A stretch of DNA of 64,000 bases from a virus, in the IMG/VR virus record IMGVR_UViG_3300018080_000001, positions 96,001 to 160,000 of that record; one strand, 5' to 3'. The notes beneath the pieces were generated by a model. It had not been told where the DNA came from, did not search any database, and saw only the letters and a program-made list of their open reading frames with translations. The number at the start of each line of letters is the position of its first letter. Within the stretch, counting starts at the first letter, position 1. Below, one piece after another: positions 47,647-57,164 of the stretch. The translations under genes and the position numbers were made by a program.

Positions 47647-47862
47647 TCATCTTTTCATTGCTTCAAGTGCTTTTTTAGCAATACATACATTACATAATAA
47701 ACCGTCCTTTCTATCTTCACAGTACACCATACATTTGGAACTTGCTATTTTGCGCAAAGCATCTGTAGCCATTTTCATGTTTGTAGTTTCTTCTAATTCT
47801 TTTTCTTCACGTATTGCACAACAATCAACACAACAACAACTTGTTTTATCGTGTTTAGACAT
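47647..47862 (-). CDS. Cys-rich small protein
   Basis: 71 aa, GAGG RBS. Confidence 0.6.
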   Translation of the reverse strand: MSKHDKTSCCCVDCCAIREEKELEETTNMKMATDALRKIASSKCMVYCEDRKDGLLCNVCIAKKALEAMKR

Positions 47863-47885
47863 TTACTACCTCATAATTTCACAGC

Positions 47886-48410
47886 CTAAAAGCTTCTTTC
47901 ATTCAATTCTTTGGCCAACGCTTCTCTAGCTCGGGCCAAATCCTTTTCCGTGTGAATACTTCCACCGGTATTCATATCCAAATACCACTGAATAACATCT
48001 GATCTCTTCTCCAAATCATTTACATGGAAACTAAAACGAGCAGTTAGGATATCTAAGCTGCCTGTAAAATCTTTGTATAAACAATCAAAAGCCGGAACTT
48101 CATTATGTAAAAACCCTAAAGCCGCTGATAATCTTTGTTTACCATCCACAATTTCGATAGGAGTATCAAAACCTTTAAACCAAGAAGAACAGTTCCAAAA
48201 TATTTCTCTTCCTGACATGCCATTTTTTAATATATACTCTACATAAGCACTTTTCTGTTCTGTTGTCCAAACATAGTTCCGCTGATAATCAGGATCTATG
48301 TCCAACCCAAGCTCTTCAGCTTGGTCCTTTAACCAGGTTTCTAAATGAACCCATGACATATCAATACGATATTTACTGCGCGTAAATGATCTAATTTCTT
48401 GAAAATTCAT
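47886..48410 (-). CDS. DUF262 (GmrS / ParB-Srx-like) domain protein
   Basis: PDYQRNYVW...EIVDGKQRL...LDMNTGG. Confidence 0.8.
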   Translation of the reverse strand: MNFQEIRSFTRSKYRIDMSWVHLETWLKDQAEELGLDIDPDYQRNYVWTTEQKSAYVEYILKNGMSGREIFWNCSSWFKGFDTPIEIVDGKQRLSAALGFLHNEVPAFDCLYKDFTGSLDILTARFSFHVNDLEKRSDVIQWYLDMNTGGSIHTEKDLARAREALAKELNERSF

Positions 48411-48467
48411 AATATAATCGCCTAATCTTAAAATTCTTTCATTTTTTTTGGTTACAATCTAATTTTT

Positions 48468-48944
48468 TCACAATATACATATATGACATGCGCTGGAATC
48501 TTGGTTACAACATAATTTTTTCACAACATCCATATCTGACATGCGCTGAAACCAAGGAAGACCATATTCTTTCACTGCATCACGTTGTTCCACTGCTATA
48601 TGAGAATCAACAGCTCCTTTAATTTTCCACCAAAGATCACAAGGAACTGGCAATAAAAGTCCAATACGGGTTCTTACCGTGCAATCGTATTCTTTCGGAA
48701 GTCCTTTAAATTTAGGGGTATCTAAAAACTCACTGGTCCCAGGATAATATACTCCCAGATTTATAGTGATACGACCTTCGTCTCCTTCATTCCATCTACT
48801 AGATTGAACATTTACTACTTCTATTCGTTCCTCGAATTCTCGATAAAAAGTTCTAGCCTTCTTCTTGAACCCTTGTTCCTTAAGAAAAGGGACGAGTCCT
48901 TCTCGTATAGTCTCATCAATTATTTTTGAAATAGTGCCCATCAC
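48468..48944 (-). CDS. DUF4304-like protein
   Basis: PFLKEQGFKKKARTFYR...VNVQSS...TINLGV. Confidence 0.65.
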   Translation of the reverse strand: MMGTISKIIDETIREGLVPFLKEQGFKKKARTFYREFEERIEVVNVQSSRWNEGDEGRITINLGVYYPGTSEFLDTPKFKGLPKEYDCTVRTRIGLLLPVPCDLWWKIKGAVDSHIAVEQRDAVKEYGLPWFQRMSDMDVVKKLCCNQDSSACHICIL

Positions 48945-49191
48945 AATACCTTTCTTTCTCCATTTCTTTAATTAACGCAATTCATTTTTCTAATTTCTTG
49001 AAAATTCATTAGTACACCTCATTGATACAAAAAATAAATTACAATGGCTCCAGTACACAATGCTGCAATAATTTTAAGTAGTAAAGGGTATTCAAGTCTC
49101 GGACGAATGAGTTTAATAAAAAATTCTGGAAATACAAATCCCACAAAACCCATACAACCTAGAACAAAAATTATTTCCACGAATGTCATTG

Positions 49192-49413
49192 TTATTCTAC
49201 TCCTTTTATATGACCTTGTTCCTGAAATTTCGGACCACATATACTAACACCTGCCATGACTTTTATTTTGTGGGCTTTACAATAACACCACGAACTGTGC
49301 AGATCATATTCGCATTCGGGACAGTCCGTACCTCCACAATAAGGCTTACTATCATTTTGTTTATAAAAAGGTTTTATTTTAGAACACATTTTATTACTCT
49401 TCACCATGTTCAA
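49192..49413 (-). CDS. Cys-rich small protein
   Basis: 73 aa ORF. Confidence 0.5.
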   Translation of the reverse strand: MNMVKSNKMCSKIKPFYKQNDSKPYCGGTDCPECEYDLHSSWCYCKAHKIKVMAGVSICGPKFQEQGHIKGVE

Positions 49414-49750
49414 TAGGATTCAACCAATCCAAAATAAACTCTGCTGCTTTATATACATCTTCTTCATTAAATGAAATTTTTTTCTTATATGTTTCTTCAT
49501 CAATACCATCCATACAAGAATTTTCCATTTTATAAACTACAATACCATCTGCATTTTTACAATTCGAGAAATAAGCTACGCGACCTTTAGCGCATGGTTG
49601 GACACTAGAAGAATAGAGTTGTACGCAGAATCCGTTTTCTCTCCCATTGTGATAAGTAACAACACAACCATTCAATGCGTAGTCGTTAAACTTCATTTCC
49701 AAAATACACAGAACAGCTTCTGCTTGCTTCCAAGTTCTGATGAGACCCAT
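49394..49750 (-). CDS. Hypothetical protein
   Basis: 118 aa, AAGGGG RBS. Confidence 0.65.
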   Translation of the reverse strand: MGLIRTWKQAEAVLCILEMKFNDYALNGCVVTYHNGRENGFCVQLYSSSVQPCAKGRVAYFSNCKNADGIVVYKMENSCMDGIDEETYKKKISFNEEDVYKAAEFILDWLNPIEHGEE

Positions 49751-49775
49751 GATATTACCCCTTTCTGTTCATATA

Positions 49776-50100
49776 AAACTAAACACTACATGGTGGATGA
49801 CATCGCTGTACCTTCCCAGGCGCTTTGGTGTGACCCGTTGTCGGCTACACTGGCTTTTCCACCTTTCGGTTTCGTCCTCCTAGAACTTAACGTTCATCAT
49901 CGGAGTAACACCATACCGCTTCCGAGTCCTGTAAATCTTGCCCTTTTGGATACCTTACTGGACTTATTAGCTTACGCTTTGGCCAACCCTACTCAATTCG
50001 GGATGCTCGGTATCGAAGGCTCAACAGTCATCGCGTCCACTTTCCCACGTTTTCGGCAGACGTTCTTCAGCCTGTCATCCACCATGTAGTATTTAGTTTT
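49776..50100 (-). ncRNA. Unknown structured RNA (about 325 nt) closed by a 28-bp stem
   Basis: AAAACTAAATACTACATGGTGGATGACA ... TGTCATCCACCATGTAGTGTTTAGTTTT; GNRA-capped hairpins; own promoter. Confidence 0.7.
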
Positions 50101-50128
50101 CAAAGAACTTTATTAATTTCTAATATAT

Positions 50129-50156
50129 AATATAGTCTTTAAAACTTATCTGTCAA
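50129..50156 (-). promoter_or_regulatory. Sigma70-like promoter driving the ncRNA
   Basis: TTGACA-N16-TATATT. Confidence 0.75.
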
Positions 50157-50170
50157 TATATCTAACTAAA

Positions 50171-50428
50171 TTATTCTTCTTTTTCTTCTAGATAAAACCA
50201 TCTGGCAACAAAACAAGAATACAATTCCAAATAGGGACTTTTAAGACAGTACAAAATTCTAGTAACTTCTTCCCATTCGTCAACACCAAGAAAATCTACT
50301 AAGCCAACTTGAGCTTCAAGTTTTATTAGTTCATCAATAGTAGATACCTCGACTATCATTTCTCTAATAATAATTAAGTCCTCGTTAAATTCAGTTGGAG
50401 TTTTCTCTGCATCGATTAACTTGATCAT
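50171..50428 (-). CDS. Hypothetical protein
   Basis: 85 aa, GGAGG RBS, own promoter. Confidence 0.65.
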   Translation of the reverse strand: MIKLIDAEKTPTEFNEDLIIIREMIVEVSTIDELIKLEAQVGLVDFLGVDEWEEVTRILYCLKSPYLELYSCFVARWFYLEEKEE

Positions 50429-50454
50429 TGATATTTCCCTCCGTGCTTAAGGAA

Positions 50455-50483
50455 AACATAACACGCCAATTTTATGCTGTCAA
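50455..50483 (-). promoter_or_regulatory. Sigma70-like promoter
   Basis: TTGACA-N17-TATGTT; module shared with 57534-57562. Confidence 0.75.
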
Positions 50484-50511
50484 TATATTGAAGTAACTTT
50501 TTAGAATTTTT

Positions 50512-50739
50512 TTATGAAATACTACAATACACAGAACATACATCATCGCAATGCGAACAATAATTACAGTCATCAACTTTTTCGTATCTTGATTTAAACT
50601 CTGGGCAGCTTTTATTTATAGAATGTGTTTCAAATTTACTTAAGATACATAGACCTACAAAAACATTATACGGGTTAGACGAAAAATAAAAACAATCATA
50701 ACAAGTTTCTTCAGAATATTTTACCTTATTATTTTCCAT
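50512..50739 (-). CDS. Cys-rich small protein
   Basis: 75 aa with multiple CxxC motifs. Confidence 0.55.
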   Translation of the reverse strand: MENNKVKYSEETCYDCFYFSSNPYNVFVGLCILSKFETHSINKSCPEFKSRYEKVDDCNYCSHCDDVCSVYCSIS

Positions 50740-51001
50740 TGTTATAGTACTTATATTTTCTTGCCCTAACTTCTAATATATCTGAGATACCCAAACCGGC
50801 CGGAAAAAAGGATGGTACACAGTACCATACTGATCCATATTGACTAAAAAATTTCTCTACCGATGCTTCAATACCAAGTAAATTACCAAGCCATGTCGGT
50901 TCGTAATATACAACGGCATGAAATTTCTCATGTTTCTCTTCAGAACTAATATCGATTTTAACTATCTTTTTTAGCATCGGTATCCCATGCCACTTGAACA
51001 T
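50729..51001 (-). CDS. Hypothetical protein
   Basis: 90 aa ORF; start uncertain. Confidence 0.5.
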   Translation of the reverse strand: MFKWHGIPMLKKIVKIDISSEEKHEKFHAVVYYEPTWLGNLLGIEASVEKFFSQYGSVWYCVPSFFPAGLGISDILEVRARKYKYYNNGK

Positions 51002-51437
51002 CTTCCAACGGTTTTTCCATTTTATACCGCATGTGCTTATCCTGTGGATATAAGCCTAAGGCATAACCATGTTTGCACACCCAACATTCACAGGTTTTCA
51101 TATCCCAGTGTTGCGACATAATTTGTTCTACAATGTCTTCCGGTACCTCTATTACAGGATTCATGCCCTCTCGTTTTTCTTTTTCTTCTTCTGTAAGCTT
51201 AACCAAAGCTTTTCTAACAATAAGTTGTACATATTCAAGATCTCTATTATCGAATTGTATTACAGATACCAATTGCAATATTTTATCTAGAGTTGAGTTA
51301 AGTTCAGTTATCCTCTGTCTGTATTCTTCTCCTTTTTCTAGGGCTTCATTCCTACGTTGTCTCAGATGATATAATTCTTCTCTCATTTTTTGATAAGAGC
51401 ATACAAATTCTTCAACATCCAAATTAAGCCCTGTCAT
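50958..51437 (-). CDS. Coiled-coil hypothetical protein
   Basis: 159 aa ORF. Confidence 0.6.
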   Translation of the reverse strand: MTGLNLDVEEFVCSYQKMREELYHLRQRRNEALEKGEEYRQRITELNSTLDKILQLVSVIQFDNRDLEYVQLIVRKALVKLTEEEKEKREGMNPVIEVPEDIVEQIMSQHWDMKTCECWVCKHGYALGLYPQDKHMRYKMEKPLEDVQVAWDTDAKKDS

Positions 51438-51630
51438 CTGATTCTTCTTTCTTTAGTGCATTAGGAATAGGAATTCCTTGATATTTAAATTCACAATACT
51501 CTTTAATAATCCTTTTAACAGTTTGATCATCGGACTCGTGACCTTCTCTCACATGGCACATTAAATTTTGTACTAGTTTTGCTAATTTTAGGTCTTTTAA
51601 AATTACTTCTAAATCATTTATGAAATCCAT
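51424..51630 (-). CDS. Hypothetical protein
   Basis: 68 aa ORF. Confidence 0.55.
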   Translation of the reverse strand: MDFINDLEVILKDLKLAKLVQNLMCHVREGHESDDQTVKRIIKEYCEFKYQGIPIPNALKKEESDDRA

Positions 51631-51635
51631 AATAG

Positions 51636-51839
51636 CTAACTCCCCGCATCCTCGTCTTCTCCTATGACTTTAGCATCCACAATTTGACCGTCTTCTATCT
51701 TTGCTAATATCCTTGGAGGCTTTGACAATTTAACCGCGAGTTCTGCTATCTTACTAGATAATTCAAAACACTGTTTTTTCCAATGATTTGCTAGTTCTTT
51801 ATTCATTTCACAATGTGGGCACGATTTATAATCAGACAT
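51636..51839 (-). CDS. Hypothetical protein
   Basis: 67 aa, GGAG RBS. Confidence 0.55.
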   Translation of the reverse strand: MSDYKSCPHCEMNKELANHWKKQCFELSSKIAELAVKLSKPPRILAKIEDGQIVDAKVIGEDEDAGS

Positions 51840-51842
51840 ATT

Positions 51843-52526
51843 TTATATCTCCAAATTAAGAATATCTTTTAACAAATTTTGTTTCTTTTCGTTACTTAAA
51901 AAATTATCTAAAAAACACTTAATAAATTTTGACTTTTTAGCAGACAAGCCCGCATTATCTTCACCAAACTTAAAAATATCCCGTAAATACTGAATAACTT
52001 CTAACGCATCTTTTTCATCTATAATAGTTTCTGTTTTAGATTCTTTATCAAAAGAAATTTCAGAAAAATCATTATAGTATAAAGAATCAAATAATAATTG
52101 TTTATCCAGATTAAAATGCCTGGACAGCCTATCAATTATATAAGGAGCTGGATTTTTTACTTTTCCATTTTCCAATTGACTTAGATATGGATTGGAAATA
52201 TTTAGTTTTTTAGCCGCTGCTCTCAGCGTAAGATTCGCTTCTTTTCTAGCTTTCTTTATTATATCTGAAAAAGATGACTCACTTTTATTTTTATTTGACA
52301 TAGTATTTAATCTCCTTAAATAATACAAAACTGCTTCTTCCGGTTTTCTTATAGAACTTGGAATTATTGTCCAATTATTTTTATTTTCTTTTCCATTGTG
52401 TTTCTGTATCCCTAAATTTTTTGCGTTACCAGGACATGTGTATATTACACGATAATGTTGACCCTTATAATAAGCATCACACCCGAGCTTATTATTCCAT
52501 TCGTTTGTTATTATGCTAATTGTCAT
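51843..52526 (-). CDS. XRE-family HTH transcriptional regulator
   Basis: IKKARKEANLTLRAAAKKLNISNPYLSQLENGK; internal AAGGAG RBS before MSNKNK suggests start near 52301. Confidence 0.8.
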   Translation of the reverse strand: MTISIITNEWNNKLGCDAYYKGQHYRVIYTCPGNAKNLGIQKHNGKENKNNWTIIPSSIRKPEEAVLYYLRRLNTMSNKNKSESSFSDIIKKARKEANLTLRAAAKKLNISNPYLSQLENGKVKNPAPYIIDRLSRHFNLDKQLLFDSLYYNDFSEISFDKESKTETIIDEKDALEVIQYLRDIFKFGEDNAGLSAKKSKFIKCFLDNFLSNEKKQNLLKDILNLEI

Positions 52527-52530
52527 GTCT

Positions 52531-52899
52531 TTAAATTACTTTATGCAGTATTTCATTACAAACAAGATAAAATTCGGGACTCTGAATATATTTATTTAGT
52601 ATTGGAGTTATTTTATTACCTATTTCATCCAACATCTTTTCTTCAGTTTCCTCAGAGATATCAGGCCAATCCTTGGCAGCTTCACCGACTTCCGCACAAG
52701 CACGGATACTGAGCATATCGGTAATATCTGGCAAAATACTTCGTGCAAAGTATTCTGTTGTAAATGTAGTAACAATCCTAGCTGTTTTTATAATAATATC
52801 TTCGCCATAACGTTCTCGTGCCTCTTTGATTGCATCTTCACGAGTAGGACAGTTACCCGTATACGTTCCATCATTCTTTCGACAATAGCAGTATGCCAT
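52531..52899 (-). CDS. Hypothetical protein
   Basis: 122 aa, GGAGG RBS. Confidence 0.65.
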   Translation of the reverse strand: MAYCYCRKNDGTYTGNCPTREDAIKEARERYGEDIIIKTARIVTTFTTEYFARSILPDITDMLSIRACAEVGEAAKDWPDISEETEEKMLDEIGNKITPILNKYIQSPEFYLVCNEILHKVI

Positions 52900-52902
52900 G
52901 CT

Positions 52903-53886
52903 TCACCTCCAATCATAAAAAAGTTTGTTTATCCGCGTTGACCATTTTATGGAGTTGGTTCCTTTATCTGCAAGATATTGTAATTCTTCTTTCATTTCAT
53001 TTTCTAACTCTTCTGTCTCTCTCCAACGATCTACATCTCCATAATCTTCTAATAAATTTTCCACCCAAGAATCCAGTACAGAGACTAATGTCCTTGGTTC
53101 TAAAGCATCAAGCTCCCATGATACGGGTCCATGTTCCTTTATATATTTGGCAGCCCTACTATCAGACTCTTTAGCAGGATTTGGTGGTGGATTAAAACTT
53201 TCTATTTGATCTTTTGTCAAAGCTAATCTGTGGAATAAAATATCGGTATTCTGTTCCGACCTATCACGCCCAAACATAGATAATCTATTTTGTACGTCTT
53301 CATCCATATTCAATCCGCTAGGATCATGGTCCCCAAAATAGAAAATATGGTAATCCCGTCCAGAACTTTTTATCTCTCTAATTTGTTTCCCTGTAATATA
53401 TAGTTGTGATTGAGAAGAATATCCTTTATTCGAGGTAAAAGGTATATGCCATTTAGAACATGCAGGCTCCAGAACACCCTCTAAAGCTTGCTTTTCGCAC
53501 ATAACATCCAAGTGTATGGGTTGGCTTTGCCATCGGTCTATGCGGAACTGTTGGGCTGCTGATTCTATGATCTCATCCGGTGCACTCCAGTGTGGTTCTA
53601 CTATAGTTTTTCTCCCCCTGTCCACTATCATGTCCCAATCAATAAAACCAACAAGTCTAGCGTCATTAATAATATTTTTAATCCTGGTATAACTTTTAAC
53701 AGTGTTTTCTATTAGGTCAGAAGCCACTAGTTGATAATATAATTGACGAACTGTTAAGTCATAACCTTCCTGTGCATAATCTTCTAGAATAGAAATACAG
53801 TGATCAATTATTTCTAATGATTCCCTACGAAACTTTTTTGATATAAACTTTTCTTTCATTTTATTTACCTCTAATATACTGTGCAC
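52903..53886 (-). CDS. Topoisomerase VI-A / Spo11 / JetD-like winged-helix + TOPRIM protein
   Basis: TVRQLYYQLV, CEKQAL, KGYSS, YFGDHDPSG, WELDAL; likely start MKEKF near 53859. Confidence 0.75.
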   Translation of the reverse strand: MHSILEVNKMKEKFISKKFRRESLEIIDHCISILEDYAQEGYDLTVRQLYYQLVASDLIENTVKSYTRIKNIINDARLVGFIDWDMIVDRGRKTIVEPHWSAPDEIIESAAQQFRIDRWQSQPIHLDVMCEKQALEGVLEPACSKWHIPFTSNKGYSSQSQLYITGKQIREIKSSGRDYHIFYFGDHDPSGLNMDEDVQNRLSMFGRDRSEQNTDILFHRLALTKDQIESFNPPPNPAKESDSRAAKYIKEHGPVSWELDALEPRTLVSVLDSWVENLLEDYGDVDRWRETEELENEMKEELQYLADKGTNSIKWSTRINKLFYDWR

Positions 53887-54143
53887 TTATTTTTTTGTTC
53901 CCATTCATTATATTTAAGATGTAATTCAAATGATAAATCTTTAGGACTAATAAAGATAGTGTTCCAGTGGTCAGTCCAAGTATCAATCCACAAAGAGCTT
54001 AAATTTTGTTCTTCTTTTAAAAATGTTATAATACATTTCTCTTCCTTATCCTTTTTTGACATAATTGCTAGAACATCGGTCATTAAAATTATGACGAATG
54101 CTGATATTAATAGCAAACTAACAATAAATAGTATTTTCTTCAT
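53871..54143 (-). CDS. Membrane-anchored hypothetical protein
   Basis: N-terminal hydrophobic segment. Confidence 0.55.
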   Translation of the reverse strand: MKKILFIVSLLLISAFVIILMTDVLAIMSKKDKEEKCIITFLKEEQNLSSLWIDTWTDHWNTIFISPKDLSFELHLKYNEWEQKNKCTVY

Positions 54144-54158
54144 TTATATATCTCTTTC

Positions 54159-54347
54159 TCACTTTTCTTTATCTTGTTTAAGATCTTCTAAGGATTTCCA
54201 TATAAAACAATTCTCGTCTTTGCACTGCACTAAACCAAGATTTTTAGGCAGGTTATCTACTTCTTGTATAATTTTTTTACAACAACTGTATACTTTGTAT
54301 TTGCAGTTATCAGATAATATATTAAATGTTACCAATTTGTAAAACAT
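54159..54347 (-). CDS. Hypothetical protein
   Basis: 62 aa ORF. Confidence 0.5.
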   Translation of the reverse strand: MFYKLVTFNILSDNCKYKVYSCCKKIIQEVDNLPKNLGLVQCKDENCFIWKSLEDLKQDKEK

Positions 54348-54363
54348 TATTAAAACCTCGCAA

Positions 54364-54588
54364 TTATTTTATATCTCTAATTTTATCAGCCATTTCCTTC
54401 AAAGCATCCGCCAATGAATCGCACCCAACAGGAGATGTGGCAAGTATCTTTTGATCAGTAGAATCATACCATTCACCCTTTATCTTATCTACAAGGTATA
54501 TAGATCTACCAAGCTCTGTATTCCTACAAATCAAATATCGGTCCTCAGTTATTGGTATTGTTATTTCTGTTTTTTCTTTGATGCTCAT
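54364..54588 (-). CDS. Hypothetical protein
   Basis: 74 aa ORF. Confidence 0.6.
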   Translation of the reverse strand: MSIKEKTEITIPITEDRYLICRNTELGRSIYLVDKIKGEWYDSTDQKILATSPVGCDSLADALKEMADKIRDIK

Positions 54589-54590
54589 AC

Positions 54591-55049
54591 TTAGTCCTTA
54601 TTACTATGATATTCTAATGCAAAATGATCTGTGAAGATGTGGGAATACATACCGTCTCTAATATCTTTAGTATCTCTGTAAGACATAAATATATATTTTA
54701 TAAAACCCATGGTAACAACGCTTCCTTCTTTAAAAGCTAAAATACTTTTATGTTTTACTAAGTCTAAAAATTGTTTCTGTAACAGCTCACAATGTGGCCC
54801 ATTAGCTCCTTGTATTAAAATTGGCTTGCCGTAAGATTCTTCACGCACGGATAAAGCTTCGAGTAACATAGTTTGTGTGATATTTGTTTTTACGAAACAA
54901 TCCTCAATAGCATCGTGTAGAGCATCGGTTATAAAACCATCAAGCAATACACGGTTAAAAAGTTTTCTTGCGCCGTCCGGCATTAGGTCGTAGTTGCTTT
55001 CAATTCTATTTATATAACTATCAATTGTTTCTTGTAAATCATCTTTCAT
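54591..55049 (-). CDS. Hypothetical protein
   Basis: 152 aa, coupled. Confidence 0.6.
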   Translation of the reverse strand: MKDDLQETIDSYINRIESNYDLMPDGARKLFNRVLLDGFITDALHDAIEDCFVKTNITQTMLLEALSVREESYGKPILIQGANGPHCELLQKQFLDLVKHKSILAFKEGSVVTMGFIKYIFMSYRDTKDIRDGMYSHIFTDHFALEYHSNKD

Positions 55050-55438
55050 TTTACAACGTCCTTTACTTTTTCTTCAACCTCATTAACAACGCCTTTAGGA
55101 TACCAAGAGTCAATATGAAGTCTAAGCTTATCCATAAGTAAATTAGCGTTATCAACCGCCTTTTCTGTAGTATCACTATTAATTGTTCTATAGACAATAA
55201 CATTTTTATAGATATCCCAGGCACTGCGAGGAACTGTAGAAATCAAAAGAACGGCAAAGCACAAGAACATAAGTTTTTTAAGCTTTTTAAATACTGAAAT
55301 TAAAAGAGGCTGTTCTTTTTCAGAATCATGAATAGCTATAAATAAAATAACTAGAGCGAAAAAAACAAATATAAGAGAAACCATAGATAAATTCCAAATA
55401 GTACTCGCGATGGGTTCTAATATTAGTAAAAATTCCAT
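55046..55438 (-). CDS. Two-TM membrane protein
   Basis: 130 aa, AAGGAG RBS. Confidence 0.65.
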   Translation of the reverse strand: MEFLLILEPIASTIWNLSMVSLIFVFFALVILFIAIHDSEKEQPLLISVFKKLKKLMFLCFAVLLISTVPRSAWDIYKNVIVYRTINSDTTEKAVDNANLLMDKLRLHIDSWYPKGVVNEVEEKVKDVVK

Positions 55439-55449
55439 TTTAGTGCTCC

Positions 55450-55743
55450 TTATTTAAATAGATCTTTTTTATCTTTTTCTCTTACACTGTCCAAAATCGA
55501 AAGCTCTTCTTTCACATATATTCTAGAAGTTTCATAACGAAACATACCTTCTTTATCGGTTTCCATTCTTCCCACGTCTCCATTATCAAGATGCCAAAAA
55601 CCATGAGCAAATCCATGTTCATCATTTATAGTCAGATCTGGATCTCTTATTTTATTATTGAATTCAAGCCTTTTCCTTTGGTCCTTTTTTCTACCTTCAT
55701 CGAGAATTTTACTCATATTTTCTAATGTCCAACCGTCTTTCAT
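55450..55743 (-). CDS. Hypothetical protein
   Basis: 97 aa ORF. Confidence 0.6.
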   Translation of the reverse strand: MKDGWTLENMSKILDEGRKKDQRKRLEFNNKIRDPDLTINDEHGFAHGFWHLDNGDVGRMETDKEGMFRYETSRIYVKEELSILDSVREKDKKDLFK

Positions 55744-55772
55744 TGTACATCTCCCTATTTATAAATTACGTT

Positions 55773-56267
55773 TTATAACAAACCTCTGTCTTGAGCTTCT
55801 GACTGCATTACATAATAAATTTCCGGCAGATAATTTTCATTGGCATCAGGATTATCCATCAACGCTTGTAATTCGTTATCCATTTGCCAGGAAGCTTCGG
55901 AATCCGGATTAAGTACATTAGAAATACACAGACAAGCAGATACGTCGCTTCTCCTACGTTCTTCAGTTTTTCTTTCTAGGAACTTGATAGTATTAAGCAA
56001 ATGCCTGTCTTCCATGTCATACACTGATATTTTTTCACCGTCTTTAGTAGACCACATAAAATTTTCGCACCACCAAGTAAAGTCGGGTTCTTGTACCCCA
56101 GTATCTTCGACTTCACCTACAACTCTACCCCAATGATTTTTTGCCGTAGCTATTATTTTTCTTTGATATAGTTTTCTTAGCTCAGATTCTAATTTATAGT
56201 ATTCTCTAACTTTCATTATTGATTTACCACTTTTCGTTTTATAATATATTCGAGCTAACATTACCAA
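55773..56267 (-). CDS. Hypothetical protein
   Basis: WSTKDGEKISVYDMEDRHLLNTI motif seen in phage proteins. Confidence 0.6.
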   Translation of the reverse strand: MVMLARIYYKTKSGKSIMKVREYYKLESELRKLYQRKIIATAKNHWGRVVGEVEDTGVQEPDFTWWCENFMWSTKDGEKISVYDMEDRHLLNTIKFLERKTEERRRSDVSACLCISNVLNPDSEASWQMDNELQALMDNPDANENYLPEIYYVMQSEAQDRGLL

Positions 56268-56581
56268 TCACCCCCGCCAACCCATACATCAATACCAATA
56301 AGAGCTATTAATTCCTGTTGTGATTTTTCTTGCCTGTTATGCGAATCTCCCAAAAGCAAATCAAATCCATCACCACCACCGGTATAATAATTAGCATCAG
56401 GAAAATGTTCTTGTATATCTTTGAGCAACGTGCTCATTTGTTTGCATACTTTATCAAATCTTTTTTCTATTGATGGCATTCGTTCTAACAATATTTGTCG
56501 AGAATCGCAGTATTCTCCAGATTCTAACATTGCTAAAATATCTTCCTCGTATAAAGGTTTATTTTTCATGTTAATCACCAA
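56261..56581 (-). CDS. Hypothetical protein
   Basis: HFPDANYY...LLLGDSH...GGGDW. Confidence 0.6.
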   Translation of the reverse strand: MVINMKNKPLYEEDILAMLESGEYCDSRQILLERMPSIEKRFDKVCKQMSTLLKDIQEHFPDANYYTGGGDGFDLLLGDSHNRQEKSQQELIALIGIDVWVGGGDW

Positions 56582-56715
56582 TTCTCTAAATCCTGTATAG
56601 AAATACCAAGTTTATCCAAATATATTTACTGTTTCCGTTTTACTTTTTCTCTTCATGCTAGCCATTACCGAATAATTTATTCATCAAATCATGCCATTTT
56701 TGAGGGGCTCATTAT

Positions 56716-56901
56716 CTACTCAACTATTTCATATGTAATATCACCCCATTTGCCGGACTCAATCATTACATCATACATGCTGTCATTATTGGAATCCAAC
56801 TTAGCCATCTCTTCCAAAGTTTTGGCACCATCAAGATACCATTCCGTCTTTGGATCTTCAACCTCGTACGTTACAACAACTTTGTAAATTATCTTAGCCA
56901 T
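56716..56901 (-). CDS. Hypothetical protein
   Basis: 61 aa, GGAGG RBS. Confidence 0.6.
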   Translation of the reverse strand: MAKIIYKVVVTYEVEDPKTEWYLDGAKTLEEMAKLDSNNDSMYDVMIESGKWGDITYEIVE

Positions 56902-56927
56902 GTTTATTTCCCTCCTCTATTTATTTT

Positions 56928-57155
56928 CTACCGCCCCCTAAAATCTTTTTTATCCATCTTCCTTATAGCATCTTCCAATTTACAACACGGACATACGGCA
57001 AAAATTACTGTAGGACATGTATCTTCTTTCGATATTAATCGCTCTTTCCAATCAAACACGTGTCCCTCAACACTATAGAAATTACCGGTAGAAATATCAT
57101 CAGATTGAATCTCATTATAATCGCACACAGAACAATAGAAAGTTTGTTGTGCCAT
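56928..57155 (-). CDS. Zinc-ribbon protein
   Basis: CSVC...CPCC. Confidence 0.55.
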   Translation of the reverse strand: MAQQTFYCSVCDYNEIQSDDISTGNFYSVEGHVFDWKERLISKEDTCPTVIFAVCPCCKLEDAIRKMDKKDFRGR

Positions 57156-57164
57156 AATTTTTCC

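Noticed and set aside
49598-50089. 163-aa plus-strand ORF across the GC-rich island
   Set aside because: No RBS, overlaps a minus-strand gene, and the promoter, G-U pairs and GNRA loops all point to a minus-strand RNA.
49776-50100. RNase P RNA, hammerhead ribozyme, group I intron or retron msr-msd
   Set aside because: Only fragmentary resemblances (GGGAAAGT, GATGA...CGAAAC, AAGTCC); the conserved cores are not present and no reverse transcriptase is nearby.
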